Position numbers and translations under genes: made by a program. 64,000 nucleotides of DNA from a virus (Duplodnaviria; Caudoviricetes): the IMG/VR virus record IMGVR_UViG_3300035208_002115; one strand, 5' to 3'. The notes beneath the pieces are model-generated. The model was not told the DNA's origin. It saw only the letters and a list, made by a program, of their open reading frames with translations, and ran no database searches. Below are positions 41,002 through 50,551 of the stretch, one piece after another. The stretch's first letter is position 1, and the number at the start of each line of letters is the position of its first letter.

Positions 41002-41523
41002 TTATTTTTTTGTATAAACATTGGTTAAACTGTCTGTTTTTCTAATAAATGTTTTATAATCTTTATATAAATTTTCTGCTTTTACCTCTTTTTTTTCTGG
41101 AACAGGTTCACCATCTAATACACTTTTTAAGTTTTTTTCCACAATCTTCTTATTTCCTTCAGTTCCTCGTTCACCTTCTTTAGTTTTAGCCCTATTTTTA
41201 TCTTTATGGCCTTCTGTGATACTTTTATGTTCTAATTTCAACTTACTTCTATCAATATCGGATTTACCAGTTAAACCTCTATTTCCAAGTTTAATTATAC
41301 TTCTATCAATATCAGGTTTACCAGTTAAACTTCTGTCTCCAAGATTTTCTGAGTTGTTATTATCTACTTTACCAGTACTATTAACCACTGCCAAATCTTC
41401 CTTTCTATCTTTTGATTTGGATGTGTTATTATTATTAACATCAGTCTTAGCTTTATTTTTACTAAAACGGATATTCAAACTTTCTATCTCCTTTTTTAAT
41501 TTACCTCTAAATGGATTTGGCAT
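41002..41523 (-). CDS. Basic low-complexity protein with 18-aa internal repeats
   Basis: LGDRSLTGKPDIDRSIIK / LGNRGLTGKSDIDRSKLK. Confidence 0.65.
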   Translation of the reverse strand: MPNPFRGKLKKEIESLNIRFSKNKAKTDVNNNNTSKSKDRKEDLAVVNSTGKVDNNNSENLGDRSLTGKPDIDRSIIKLGNRGLTGKSDIDRSKLKLEHKSITEGHKDKNRAKTKEGERGTEGNKKIVEKNLKSVLDGEPVPEKKEVKAENLYKDYKTFIRKTDSLTNVYTKK

Positions 41524-41533
41524 AATAATATTT

Positions 41534-42121
41534 TTATTTTAAATTGTATTCTATTTTTAATTTATCAATCAATAATTGGGTTATTAAATCCTGTACTAAT
41601 AACTGGTCTAAATAGTTGAGGTCAACTTTTAACATTCTCGATTTTTTTTCGCTTTCTGAACCATCATTTTTAGGTTTAGTTATTCGATAATCATTATATC
41701 TTAATTCCATAAGACAAGGAAAATATTTAGCTGTATTTCCTTTATTAAGAAATAGTCCCTTCCCAACTTCAATTTGATATAGACTACTAAGAACTATACC
41801 AGATTCTTCATATAACTCACGTCTAACTGTTTGTTCTGGTGTCTCTCCAGCTTCTATTGTCCCAGATATAATAGTTAAAAAATTGGTATATTTATTCCAA
41901 TTTGCATTATTTCGATAACGATAAGCATAAGTTGGGATATATTCACTTCTTAAATATATATATCCTTCATCTTTAAAATATGGTAATATTGCAACCATAT
42001 CTGATTCTCTAACAAAAGTAAAATTGTCATATTCTATAACTTTAATATATTTGCTGTCTAAAAGACATTTTTCTCCAGATTCTTCTTTAACTTTTTGATT
42101 TAAATTACTAAATTTGTCCAT
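41534..42121 (-). CDS. Nudix hydrolase
   Basis: GTIEAGETPEQTVRRELYEESG Nudix box. Confidence 0.88.
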   Translation of the reverse strand: MDKFSNLNQKVKEESGEKCLLDSKYIKVIEYDNFTFVRESDMVAILPYFKDEGYIYLRSEYIPTYAYRYRNNANWNKYTNFLTIISGTIEAGETPEQTVRRELYEESGIVLSSLYQIEVGKGLFLNKGNTAKYFPCLMELRYNDYRITKPKNDGSESEKKSRMLKVDLNYLDQLLVQDLITQLLIDKLKIEYNLK

Positions 42122-42162
42122 ATGATAAAAATTACTTTTTATTTATATATAAAAAATCTAAA

Positions 42163-42468
42163 ATGAAAGATTTAATAATTAGATGTTCAAAATGTAATGT
42201 TGAAGATGCAAGTTACGGTACTGTTGAAGTTGAACTAATTAATATTAAATCTATCGATGGTTTAAATCTAAAAGAATTATTAAAAGATAGATATATCCTC
42301 GAAGATGAAATTCTCGAAGAAATGGATAATAGAATTTTATTCGAAAAAATTGATATTGATGAATTTATTGATTATTTTGGAGTTGATAAAATTTTCAAAC
42401 AAATCGATAATACTGTAATAGAAAGATATATAAGAAAGAAAAAAATTGACGAATTAGAAATAAACTAA
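42163..42468 (+). CDS. Hypothetical protein with C-terminal RKKKIDEL tag
   Basis: ORF, shared motif. Confidence 0.6.
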   Translation: MKDLIIRCSKCNVEDASYGTVEVELINIKSIDGLNLKELLKDRYILEDEILEEMDNRILFEKIDIDEFIDYFGVDKIFKQIDNTVIERYIRKKKIDELEIN

Positions 42469-42474
42469 ACTACT

Positions 42475-43212
42475 ATGGACAGGGATACATTTCTCAAAAG
42501 TTTACGTAACATTACGAATATTATAGAGAAGAATGAGATAAGTTATGACATTCCATTTGATTACAGAAATAAAAATAAATTCGATAATATAAAGATATTA
42601 GTCAGGGATGATTTGGACTTGAAAGTTTTAGAAAATGAACTTGGTAGTTCTATAATAGAAGAAAGCGGTGTGTTTACCAAAATGTTATATGAAAACGAAT
42701 CTATAATTTTCATAAAATCACCAGAGTTATATTGGGTGAATAATTTTTATTATTATTCAGGAGAAATCATATCCGAGGCCATAAATAAATTAGCAAGTAA
42801 ATTTAATCTTATCTATACACCAACTGGTTTATATTATCAAATAAAAGATTTAAAAATTTTAGTTACCAATAAAGTATTCGAGATATTCGGATTTTTTGGT
42901 GTTAATACTGAGAAACTATTGGAAGGGTTCAATGACCTTATTGACATATACGATTTTATAATTAAATCGGACTACTTTAATTGCGAGTTATTTAATATGT
43001 CAGATATCAGTAGTGATAATTATTTTAAAGATGAAAAAATACCTATTTATGAAGATTTTGTAGATACTTTAACATTATTCAAGGGTCGCAAAAATGTTAA
43101 TTTCGAATTCGAAGAACCAGAAAAATATTTTCAACTTATAATAGATTATTTCCCTGATGCATTTCTATATGAAAAAGCATCAGAATACTATAATAAAAAC
43201 AAAAAGATATGA
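42475..43212 (+). CDS. Degenerate Pol-beta-like nucleotidyltransferase-fold protein (tentative)
   Basis: YRNKNKFDNIKILV resembles R.K..FGDxD.LV with the catalytic DxD altered. Confidence 0.4.
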   Translation: MDRDTFLKSLRNITNIIEKNEISYDIPFDYRNKNKFDNIKILVRDDLDLKVLENELGSSIIEESGVFTKMLYENESIIFIKSPELYWVNNFYYYSGEIISEAINKLASKFNLIYTPTGLYYQIKDLKILVTNKVFEIFGFFGVNTEKLLEGFNDLIDIYDFIIKSDYFNCELFNMSDISSDNYFKDEKIPIYEDFVDTLTLFKGRKNVNFEFEEPEKYFQLIIDYFPDAFLYEKASEYYNKNKKI

Positions 43213-43478
43213 AAGTGAGTTTTAAAAATATATTAAAGAAATCATTTTATGCTTCTTTAATTTGTATGTGTACTTTATTTTTTAGTAGTATAATAGTAAT
43301 CATATTAATAGCCTTCTATTCTGTTATTAAAAAAATGATATATAATAATATTATATCGGATTCACACACCGTTATTATATCTTCATTAATTATTTTAGGT
43401 TTTTTTTTGATTACAATAATATTCTACAATTCTCCAAAAATAATAGCTTGGGCTTTCAAAAAATTCAAAAACATTTAA
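43209..43478 (+). CDS. Two-TM membrane protein
   Basis: Hydrophobic helices. Confidence 0.55.
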   Translation: MKVSFKNILKKSFYASLICMCTLFFSSIIVIILIAFYSVIKKMIYNNIISDSHTVIISSLIILGFFLITIIFYNSPKIIAWAFKKFKNI

Positions 43479-43523
43479 AACTTTTTTTTCTTCAATTTAA
43501 TATATAGAAGATAAAAATTTTGA

Positions 43524-44945
43524 ATGAATAGGACTATCAAATTAAAAAGGGGTCAGAAAGAACGTTGGATGTGTCTCGGTATAATATTGGAAAATGGTGA
43601 ACCGGGTGTTTGTTTTGATGGTGATGATATAATATTTAAAATAGGCAACGGAATCAATAATTGGTGTGATTTACCTACGCTAAGTTTTTCTAAACATGCC
43701 GTAAATGATTTAATTTATGAATATTTAAGTGGTAATACCATAGACTCAACTAAAATAATAAGTTTCGGTAATATTTCTGATAGTGGTAATATGGACTACC
43801 CAGTTACCGAAAATTCCACAATAGGTGATGGTAAATATCAAAGATATTATCCTGATTTATATAATAATTTTAATTCAGTATACAAAGATTTCTTATGGGA
43901 TATCGTTTGGTCAGATGGTAGTTCAGGATTAACACAAAGAAAATATAATAACCGAGTTGAATTGGTCGCTGATATAGGTAATAATACTCCCAACAATTCA
44001 TCTATCAGAACTGCTTATTATAACATAGAATGTTACGCAAAACAATCTAATAGTGTTGGTAGAATAAATAAAGTTTATGGTATGAATAAATTTCTTTCTA
44101 TGTTAAAGGGGAGAGGTAATTATAAATCCAGAATTGGACATTTGGGTAATGTTTATTCTTCTTTAAGATGGTCAAATAAAGATTCTTTTATAAGTACTAT
44201 ATGGGATTATTTCACATTTAATGGATTTACAAATAGTAATAATTTAGCAAATATCACATCTTCAACTTGGATAGCATCTAATTATCATACTATGTATGGT
44301 CTTTTACAAAATGGAAATACTATAACTTTTAATTCTGGGGATGCTAAAAATAGAAAAGTTTTTTCATGGGGGGATTCTGATTTTTATACTCATAATGTAG
44401 AAAATATGACGGTAACTGATTCAGTATTTGTGGGTTTAAATCTAAATGCAACATCTTTCACACTATTATCAAATACAACATTAGATAATATTTATTATTC
44501 ATACGATAGTTTAATAAAAGTTTATAAATTAAATGGTATAAGTCAATATGGTGATAATATATCAGCATTATATATAAAACCAGTTGGAATGGATACATTC
44601 CGATTAAATTACATACCAAATTCTACAAGTAAATCATTATATATGTATGTTTATTCTGGTTGGAATGATGACCAACCACTTATAAGAAAATTAAATGATG
44701 TTAATGTGTCGGTGGATGAAGGAAGTAAATTATTAGGAGATTTATCATATATGGTTTCTAAATTCCAATGGCAACCAAATATTTTATATAGTAATTCTCG
44801 AAATCATATTGGTGAAACAAAACAAAAAAGATTTAGATTTTTCATTGGAGATAATAATGGTAATATTTCTAATTTTAGTTCAGAAATCGCACCTTATGTA
44901 TACGGTACGGGGACTAAAGTTAGAACTGTTATAAAAGGAGTTTAA
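43524..44945 (+). CDS. Tail fibre / receptor-binding-like protein with Mtd-N/hyaluronidase-N-type attachment domain
   Basis: IKLKRG...W...LENGEPG...FKIGNG...WCDLP; late motif at 43498-43506. Confidence 0.7.
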   Translation: MNRTIKLKRGQKERWMCLGIILENGEPGVCFDGDDIIFKIGNGINNWCDLPTLSFSKHAVNDLIYEYLSGNTIDSTKIISFGNISDSGNMDYPVTENSTIGDGKYQRYYPDLYNNFNSVYKDFLWDIVWSDGSSGLTQRKYNNRVELVADIGNNTPNNSSIRTAYYNIECYAKQSNSVGRINKVYGMNKFLSMLKGRGNYKSRIGHLGNVYSSLRWSNKDSFISTIWDYFTFNGFTNSNNLANITSSTWIASNYHTMYGLLQNGNTITFNSGDAKNRKVFSWGDSDFYTHNVENMTVTDSVFVGLNLNATSFTLLSNTTLDNIYYSYDSLIKVYKLNGISQYGDNISALYIKPVGMDTFRLNYIPNSTSKSLYMYVYSGWNDDQPLIRKLNDVNVSVDEGSKLLGDLSYMVSKFQWQPNILYSNSRNHIGETKQKRFRFFIGDNNGNISNFSSEIAPYVYGTGTKVRTVIKGV

Positions 44946-44952
44946 AATATTA

Positions 44953-45040
44953 GTGCTGTATTAATAAAATAATAGCACACCAAATCCATTACTGATAAAA
45001 TAAATGGATACTAAAGGCTGAATTAATAAAAGGACAGCCC
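44953..45040 (+). repeat. Array of three stem-loops at 31-nt period with conserved loops
   Basis: GTGCTGT-ATTAATAAAATA-ATAGCAC; ATCCATT-ACTGATAAAATA-AATGGAT; GGCTG-AATTAATAAAAGGA-CAGCC. Confidence 0.75.
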
Positions 45041-45047
45041 TAAACGG

Positions 45048-45078
45048 GCAACCATAGAGAAATTTATGGTTGCTTTTT
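45048..45078 (+). terminator. Intrinsic terminator
   Basis: GCAACCATAGA-GAAA-TTTATGGTTGC-TTTTT. Confidence 0.8.
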
Positions 45079-45094
45079 AAAAACAGTTTTATTT

Positions 45095-45568
45095 ATGAGA
45101 CTTAAAGGTAAACAAATAGCAGATTCAACTATCACACAAAGAAATCTTAATTTAACAACACCATCTGGTAATACCGATGCAGCTACGAAAGAATACGTTG
45201 ATAGTATGATTTCAGTTGAACATTTATCACTGGCTAATAAAAATATGTCAGCTTTATCCACCTCTGGTATAACAGGAATTACACTGGCTTGTAGTACCCC
45301 TATATTAGAACCCCCTATTACTAATTCACAGACTGATGTTTATATAAATAATCTTTTGATTGATAGTGGCCCGAATAAAGCAGCTTTCTTTTCGGGAAAT
45401 AGTGGTATCACAGCGAGAGGGGTGGGTGAAACACAACTTGGTGATTATTTATATTGGAATATGCTTATAGCAGAATATGAACTCGAAATATCAGATAGTA
45501 TTGACTTTAGCTATCTTATTCATGGTGCATCTTCTGAGACTGGCGTAATAGATGGTGGAGTTATTTAA
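45095..45568 (+). CDS. Virion structural protein (fibre/baseplate-associated)
   Basis: IADSTIT and DAATKEYVD motifs, C-terminal IDGG. Confidence 0.55.
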   Translation: MRLKGKQIADSTITQRNLNLTTPSGNTDAATKEYVDSMISVEHLSLANKNMSALSTSGITGITLACSTPILEPPITNSQTDVYINNLLIDSGPNKAAFFSGNSGITARGVGETQLGDYLYWNMLIAEYELEISDSIDFSYLIHGASSETGVIDGGVI

Positions 45569-46563
45569 ATTGAAACAGAATTTTCCATATTATGTAAAAG
45601 TTCCTCTGGTGCATAAAAATCGTTCAATACAATAAGCTTTAAGTTTCTTTTTATTCTACTATCCATTAGATTTTTAATGTTAGTCACATTAATAGGGTCA
45701 ACCTTCTTAAAGGAACAAACAACATCTTTTATTCGTTCAACGATTTCTTTTGAATTGAAATCTATATCCTCTGGGTATATCTCTTTATATAAATCATATA
45801 AAGATTTTGCCCCATCAGTTCCAATACCTCTAGGTTTACCAGTAGTGGTCATAGATTCATAAACAGATGTAATATTATCACCTTTATCTCCCGATATTAT
45901 TTTAATAAACAATTCAGCCTCTTTATTTTTTTCAACAATATGACCCTTATGAGTAATATTTTTCAAAAAATCAACCATCTCAACATCATCTGACATATTG
46001 AATAGTGTAGTTGGTTCATCAGAATTATTAACAGCAAAATCCAAAAAGACTTTATAATTCTCTGGAAGATGAATTCTATCATCAGACATCTTATGTCCAA
46101 GCATTATATTAATAAACCCTTTATTTATATCATAATCTAACAATTGGTACAAGTCACCATCAACTGATATTATTAGATTACTAAATCCCTTCTCGTTTGA
46201 TTTTCGTACAACATATGCAATTAAATCATCTCCTTCTGCATTTACAACTTGTAATTGCTTAATACCTCGGAAATTGATAATATTCTTTTTAAAATTTTCA
46301 TAAGTTTCATATACAAAAGGCCAATCTATTTCACTGTCTTTGCTTCTTTTAGCTTTATAATCAGTATAAAACTTTTTTCTCCAGTTGTTTTTATCATCCG
46401 ATATGAAATAAATATTATCAAACGCATACATATCAGATAAATTCTTAATTTCTTTGACCATTATAGTTTCAAGCTCCGAATACAATATTTTATTTTTATG
46501 AGCTATAAAAGCGTTTTTAGTCAACAAAAAATTACCATCTATTATTAAATTAATTTTATCCAT
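45565..46563 (-). CDS. rnh: T4-type RNase H / 5'-3' exonuclease (FEN family)
   Basis: IIDGN, WRKKFYTDYKAKR, EGDDLI, ISVDGDLYQL, GDKGDNI. Confidence 0.9.
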   Translation of the reverse strand: MDKINLIIDGNFLLTKNAFIAHKNKILYSELETIMVKEIKNLSDMYAFDNIYFISDDKNNWRKKFYTDYKAKRSKDSEIDWPFVYETYENFKKNIINFRGIKQLQVVNAEGDDLIAYVVRKSNEKGFSNLIISVDGDLYQLLDYDINKGFINIMLGHKMSDDRIHLPENYKVFLDFAVNNSDEPTTLFNMSDDVEMVDFLKNITHKGHIVEKNKEAELFIKIISGDKGDNITSVYESMTTTGKPRGIGTDGAKSLYDLYKEIYPEDIDFNSKEIVERIKDVVCSFKKVDPINVTNIKNLMDSRIKRNLKLIVLNDFYAPEELLHNMENSVSI

Positions 46564-46577
46564 TTTATATTTTTATT

Positions 46578-46769
46578 TTAAAGACCTGAAATTTCTGGTA
46601 TTTTCACTTCTTTCGTTGTTCCTTCTTCACCCCTTATCCACGCTTTACCTTCTTTAGTATTAACAATAATCTTTACAACACCAGTGTCTATCATATGCAA
46701 TAAAGTTATATTCATCTTATCAGATGATTCAAAATAACCATTATTGTAATAAATGAAAAATGCGTTCAT
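46578..46769 (-). CDS. Hypothetical protein
   Basis: ORF in operon. Confidence 0.55.
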   Translation of the reverse strand: MNAFFIYYNNGYFESSDKMNITLLHMIDTGVVKIIVNTKEGKAWIRGEEGTTKEVKIPEISGL

Positions 46770-46770
46770 A

Positions 46771-47055
46771 TTATAATAATTTATAAGTGACTTTATTAAA
46801 TTTTATACCCGTCTGTGTTATGATAGTATAATAAACATTTATAATTTCAAGTTTAGATACTTTTTTATTATCTGTTCCGTCTTCATTTAAAGTGTTAGAT
46901 TCTTCATATTTAAATTCAACTGCTGGTCTTTCACCCAACGCCTGTGCCAGTTCCGATTCAATTTTTTTATAATCAAGTTTTTCTGGGTTTTTTAAATCAA
47001 CCAATGACATATAATCATTTATAACTTTTTCTTTAAATATTGCTGTACCATCCAT
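46771..47055 (-). CDS. Hypothetical protein
   Basis: ORF in operon. Confidence 0.6.
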   Translation of the reverse strand: MDGTAIFKEKVINDYMSLVDLKNPEKLDYKKIESELAQALGERPAVEFKYEESNTLNEDGTDNKKVSKLEIINVYYTIITQTGIKFNKVTYKLL

Positions 47056-47084
47056 ATTTATATTTATATTTTTATTATATATTT

Positions 47085-47498
47085 TTATTTACACGTAGCA
47101 TATCCACCAATATGATATTCATCTAAAACCATTGGGATTAACCACCGTAAATTAGGAATTACGTCCAATGAAAATAAATTATCAACATCATGAATTTCAA
47201 CTATTTCATCAGTCAATGACTGAACTCTACTATAATCTTCGGATGAATACCAGAAAAAATGAACATAAGCAAATTCATTTTCAATTGTGAAAAAATCTTC
47301 CCAACCATTTAAATAAACTCCAGTTTCTTCAACAAATTCTCTTGACATAGCATCACATGGAAATTCACCAACTTCAACATGACCACCGACTCCGTTTAAT
47401 TTACCAACCTGCCATTGTGGTCTATTTTTTCTTATAAGAACTACTTTTTTATAGTCTGGAGAAAAAAGAAACCCCACCACATATATTTGTTGTTCCAT
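47085..47498 (-). CDS. Nudix hydrolase (MutT-like)
   Basis: GGHVEVGEFPCDAMSREFVEETG. Confidence 0.9.
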   Translation of the reverse strand: MEQQIYVVGFLFSPDYKKVVLIRKNRPQWQVGKLNGVGGHVEVGEFPCDAMSREFVEETGVYLNGWEDFFTIENEFAYVHFFWYSSEDYSRVQSLTDEIVEIHDVDNLFSLDVIPNLRWLIPMVLDEYHIGGYATCK

Positions 47499-47513
47499 TT
47501 TATATTTTTATTT

Positions 47514-48464
47514 TTAATTAATACATCTTTTCAAATCCTGAATATAACATATCAAATGAATTATCGGGTCAATAGTATTAGCCAATGTAGCGTTATAATT
47601 TTTTTGAATTTCAAATATTTGTGTTGCATTTTTAACAGCTAAATCTAATTTGAACTCCATTATATAATTAAAAAATGGTCGTCCTAATAATTCAAAAGCT
47701 TTTTCATAACTATCTTGATAATTACCCATAACATATTTGAATGTTTCTATTGAATCCGAATTTTTATCAAATAAAAAATTATATAAATCAATCTGGTGGG
47801 AACTGGCTGATGATGTTTCAAGACGATTACCATTTCTCGATATCTGAATTTCCTGAACCATTTGTACTGCCGAGCGTAAATCTGGGAAAAATTTATTAAT
47901 AATTTTGGTGATAATTTCACCAGAAACTAATTCTTCTTCTTTAATAGCTTTAACTAAAGCAGTTAAATATTTCCTATAATTACTTTTTAAAAAATCTACT
48001 TCTGATTGACTGAGTGGGTCAAAATTTATCTTATTATACCGAGAACCCATCTCAGTTATTTTATTGATGTGATTAGTAGTAATAATAAACCGAGCTTGTT
48101 TATGATAAGTCTCAATGAAACCTTTCAACGCATCCTGAAAAGAAGATGATGCTTTATCAAACTCATCTAATATAATTACTTTATGTTCTTCTGGTGAATA
48201 CTGGAAATTTAATGTGGTTATATGGTCTAAAATTTTAGTTCTAACTATCTCAACACTGGTATCCAGTGATGTATTTATTTCCAATGTATGACGGTCAGCA
48301 GCTAAGATTCGAGCTAAACTGGTTTTACCAGTACCAGCACCACCATGAAATATTAAATTAGTCTGGATACCTTTATCAACGAATTCCCGTATACGTGGTA
48401 ATAATATGATATTGTTCAGATTGTTTGGGCGATATTTCTCCCATAGTAAATAATTCTTGTTCAT
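47514..48464 (-). CDS. Clamp loader AAA+ subunit (T4 gp44/RFC-like)
   Basis: WEKYRP, GGAGTGKTS, IILDEFD, FIITTN, PDLR. Confidence 0.92.
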   Translation of the reverse strand: MNKNYLLWEKYRPNNLNNIILLPRIREFVDKGIQTNLIFHGGAGTGKTSLARILAADRHTLEINTSLDTSVEIVRTKILDHITTLNFQYSPEEHKVIILDEFDKASSSFQDALKGFIETYHKQARFIITTNHINKITEMGSRYNKINFDPLSQSEVDFLKSNYRKYLTALVKAIKEEELVSGEIITKIINKFFPDLRSAVQMVQEIQISRNGNRLETSSASSHQIDLYNFLFDKNSDSIETFKYVMGNYQDSYEKAFELLGRPFFNYIMEFKLDLAVKNATQIFEIQKNYNATLANTIDPIIHLICYIQDLKRCIN

Positions 48465-48564
48465 ATTCTCTTTTTTAATTACTATTTATAGTCTGATTAA
48501 TGATTATAGTTTAATTTTTTTTATATAAACTAAATATTTATTTTTGTTTTAAATAATATAATAA

Positions 48565-48990
48565 ATGATTGATATAAATATATTGTTAAGTAAATTAGAT
48601 ACGTTAGCTGCCAATCCAGTTGATTATAATTTAATGCTGGATGTAACAATACTTATGTATCAAGAAAATTGTGTATGCGATGGAAAAATAGACCTTTGTA
48701 AAAAAATTAAAAATGATGCAAACACTAGATTACAATATGCTAAATATTTTATAGATATCTTTATTGAAATAAACGTGTTTTATGTGGACAATAAAAAAAG
48801 TACCCATATAAATAATATGAATATGTTTCGTCCATATTATACACGTAAAATAATAAAAGAATATTTTAAAATAAATGATTTATATTATATTATTAATAAT
48901 AATCTGGATTATTATACCTATCAAAAAATGCATAGGAAAGAAAAATTAGATGAGATATTTGGTAACAGTTTAATAGGGAAAATGATATGA
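48565..48990 (+). CDS. Hypothetical protein with C-terminal RKEKLDEIFG tag (paralog 1)
   Basis: ORF; TATTTTTG promoter at 48539-48546. Confidence 0.65.
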   Translation: MIDINILLSKLDTLAANPVDYNLMLDVTILMYQENCVCDGKIDLCKKIKNDANTRLQYAKYFIDIFIEINVFYVDNKKSTHINNMNMFRPYYTRKIIKEYFKINDLYYIINNNLDYYTYQKMHRKEKLDEIFGNSLIGKMI

Positions 48991-49367
48991 TTGATTATGA
49001 TTATCTGGCTGCAAATCCTAAAGATTACAATTCTGTATTAGATACACTTATTAAAATGCAACAAAATGATTATATCGCATTTGGTAAATTACAATTTGTA
49101 AAAGAATTAAAAGAGAGAGCCTTAATTGAATTAAAATATACTAAGCTTACTTTTGATATATTTTGTTTTTTAGAAATAATTTATGAAGTTGTAAATTACC
49201 CATCAAATAATGGTTATACAGAATATCATATAAATAAAATTATAAAAAATTATTTTAGATTAAGTGATATATCGTATATGTTAAAAAATGGGATAAAATA
49301 TTCCACGTATGATAAAATGCACAGGAAAGAAAAATTGGAACAAATATTTGGAAATGAATTGAAATAA
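48987..49367 (+). CDS. Hypothetical protein with C-terminal RKEKLEQIFG tag (paralog 2)
   Basis: Shares LAANP.DYN and KMHRKEKL with the upstream gene. Confidence 0.65.
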   Translation: MIDYDYLAANPKDYNSVLDTLIKMQQNDYIAFGKLQFVKELKERALIELKYTKLTFDIFCFLEIIYEVVNYPSNNGYTEYHINKIIKNYFRLSDISYMLKNGIKYSTYDKMHRKEKLEQIFGNELK

Positions 49368-49395
49368 AAAAAGTGGACTTTTGAACCACTTTTTT
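49367..49395. terminator. Bidirectional terminator
   Basis: AAAAAAGTGG...CCACTTTTTT between convergent genes. Confidence 0.7.
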
Positions 49396-49415
49396 ATTTC
49401 AATGCTTTATATTTT

Positions 49416-49820
49416 TTATTCGTTTTTTTTACTTTCATTGACACGTAGGTCAGTCACCAAATCTTGAATTTTAAATTCGAGGTCTGCTGCACCTTCAACA
49501 ACTGCATTCAAATCTGTTTCTGCTAATTTTATATCACCATCAATCCAATTGAAATTATGATTTTTAAAAGATTTAAGCTTTACATTTTCCAATAATTTCA
49601 CTCTTTCTTTTAATACAGTAACTTTAATAAGTTTACCAACTAATTTAAGAAATTCATCTTTACCTGCTATTGATATGACATTCTGACTAAGTGATTCAGC
49701 TATCTGGCCTTCTACTTTTATTGACAACGTTTCATTAAAGAAACCTTCTAATATTTCTGGAAAAGTTTTAGGTTCGCCATCATTAATATCAATCTTATCT
49801 AAATTGCTAAATTTTTTCAT
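49416..49820 (-). CDS. Hypothetical putative late protein (MKKFSNL)
   Basis: ORF, late motif at 49841-49849. Confidence 0.65.
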   Translation of the reverse strand: MKKFSNLDKIDINDGEPKTFPEILEGFFNETLSIKVEGQIAESLSQNVISIAGKDEFLKLVGKLIKVTVLKERVKLLENVKLKSFKNHNFNWIDGDIKLAETDLNAVVEGAADLEFKIQDLVTDLRVNESKKNE

Positions 49821-49853
49821 GTTCTAATAATTTTTTATTCTATATATTAAATT

Positions 49854-50540
49854 TTATCTTCGATTTTTGTAAATCCAAGAATTAGAAAAATATTCATTCT
49901 TATTTAATTCATTCATATAAACTTTTGCTTCATCCAAGGAATAGAACCCACATATATAAACAAAGTATAGATTATTATCATAAAACATTCCAGCGTTTTC
50001 ATTTTTCAATTCAGATATATAATTAACAGCATTATTTTCTTCTCTGAATACACCTGTTATCACATAATATGATGTAATATCATCTTTCATTATATTTTGA
50101 TATTCATATAAACTATCAACAATATATTTATATCTATTAAATAAAGAATCATATTTATAACTGAGACCAAGTTTTTTGCACATATTTCTTGTATAGTTAT
50201 TAAAATCGGTGAGAGTGGCTAAATAAGTATTATATGATTTTTCATCCAGTGATATACCAACTGATAAAATGCTATCAACTGTCGTATAATAATCTTTAAC
50301 AAACAAATCAATAGTATTAAGAACAATAGTAGTATCATCCCCTATTAATTGAACTTCAGGTATAATGTTTTCATCGGTGTATGGTATTTCTTCAACTTTA
50401 CTTACCTGTTCCTGTTTACAAGCCTCTTTAAATTTAGAGAAACTAAATCCAAACTTATCAACAATAACTGGTTTATACAACAACACTATTAAAAGAGCAA
50501 TAATAGTAAATCCTAAAAATAATTTTGCCCAGAAATTCAT
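49854..50540 (-). CDS. Membrane-anchored SPOR-domain protein
   Basis: N-terminal TM; C-terminal YYVITGVFREENNA...YFVY..GF...EA...WIY. Confidence 0.7.
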   Translation of the reverse strand: MNFWAKLFLGFTIIALLIVLLYKPVIVDKFGFSFSKFKEACKQEQVSKVEEIPYTDENIIPEVQLIGDDTTIVLNTIDLFVKDYYTTVDSILSVGISLDEKSYNTYLATLTDFNNYTRNMCKKLGLSYKYDSLFNRYKYIVDSLYEYQNIMKDDITSYYVITGVFREENNAVNYISELKNENAGMFYDNNLYFVYICGFYSLDEAKVYMNELNKNEYFSNSWIYKNRR

Positions 50541-50551
50541 TTAATTATATT

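Noticed and set aside
44953-45040. CRISPR or TIGR array
   Set aside because: Only three units, the variable parts base-pair with each other instead of acting as spacers, and no Cas or Nop-domain gene is recognisable in the window.
43524-45078. Diversity-generating retroelement target (Mtd-like N-terminus plus downstream hairpins)
   Set aside because: No reverse transcriptase and no TR/VR repeat pair seen in this window.
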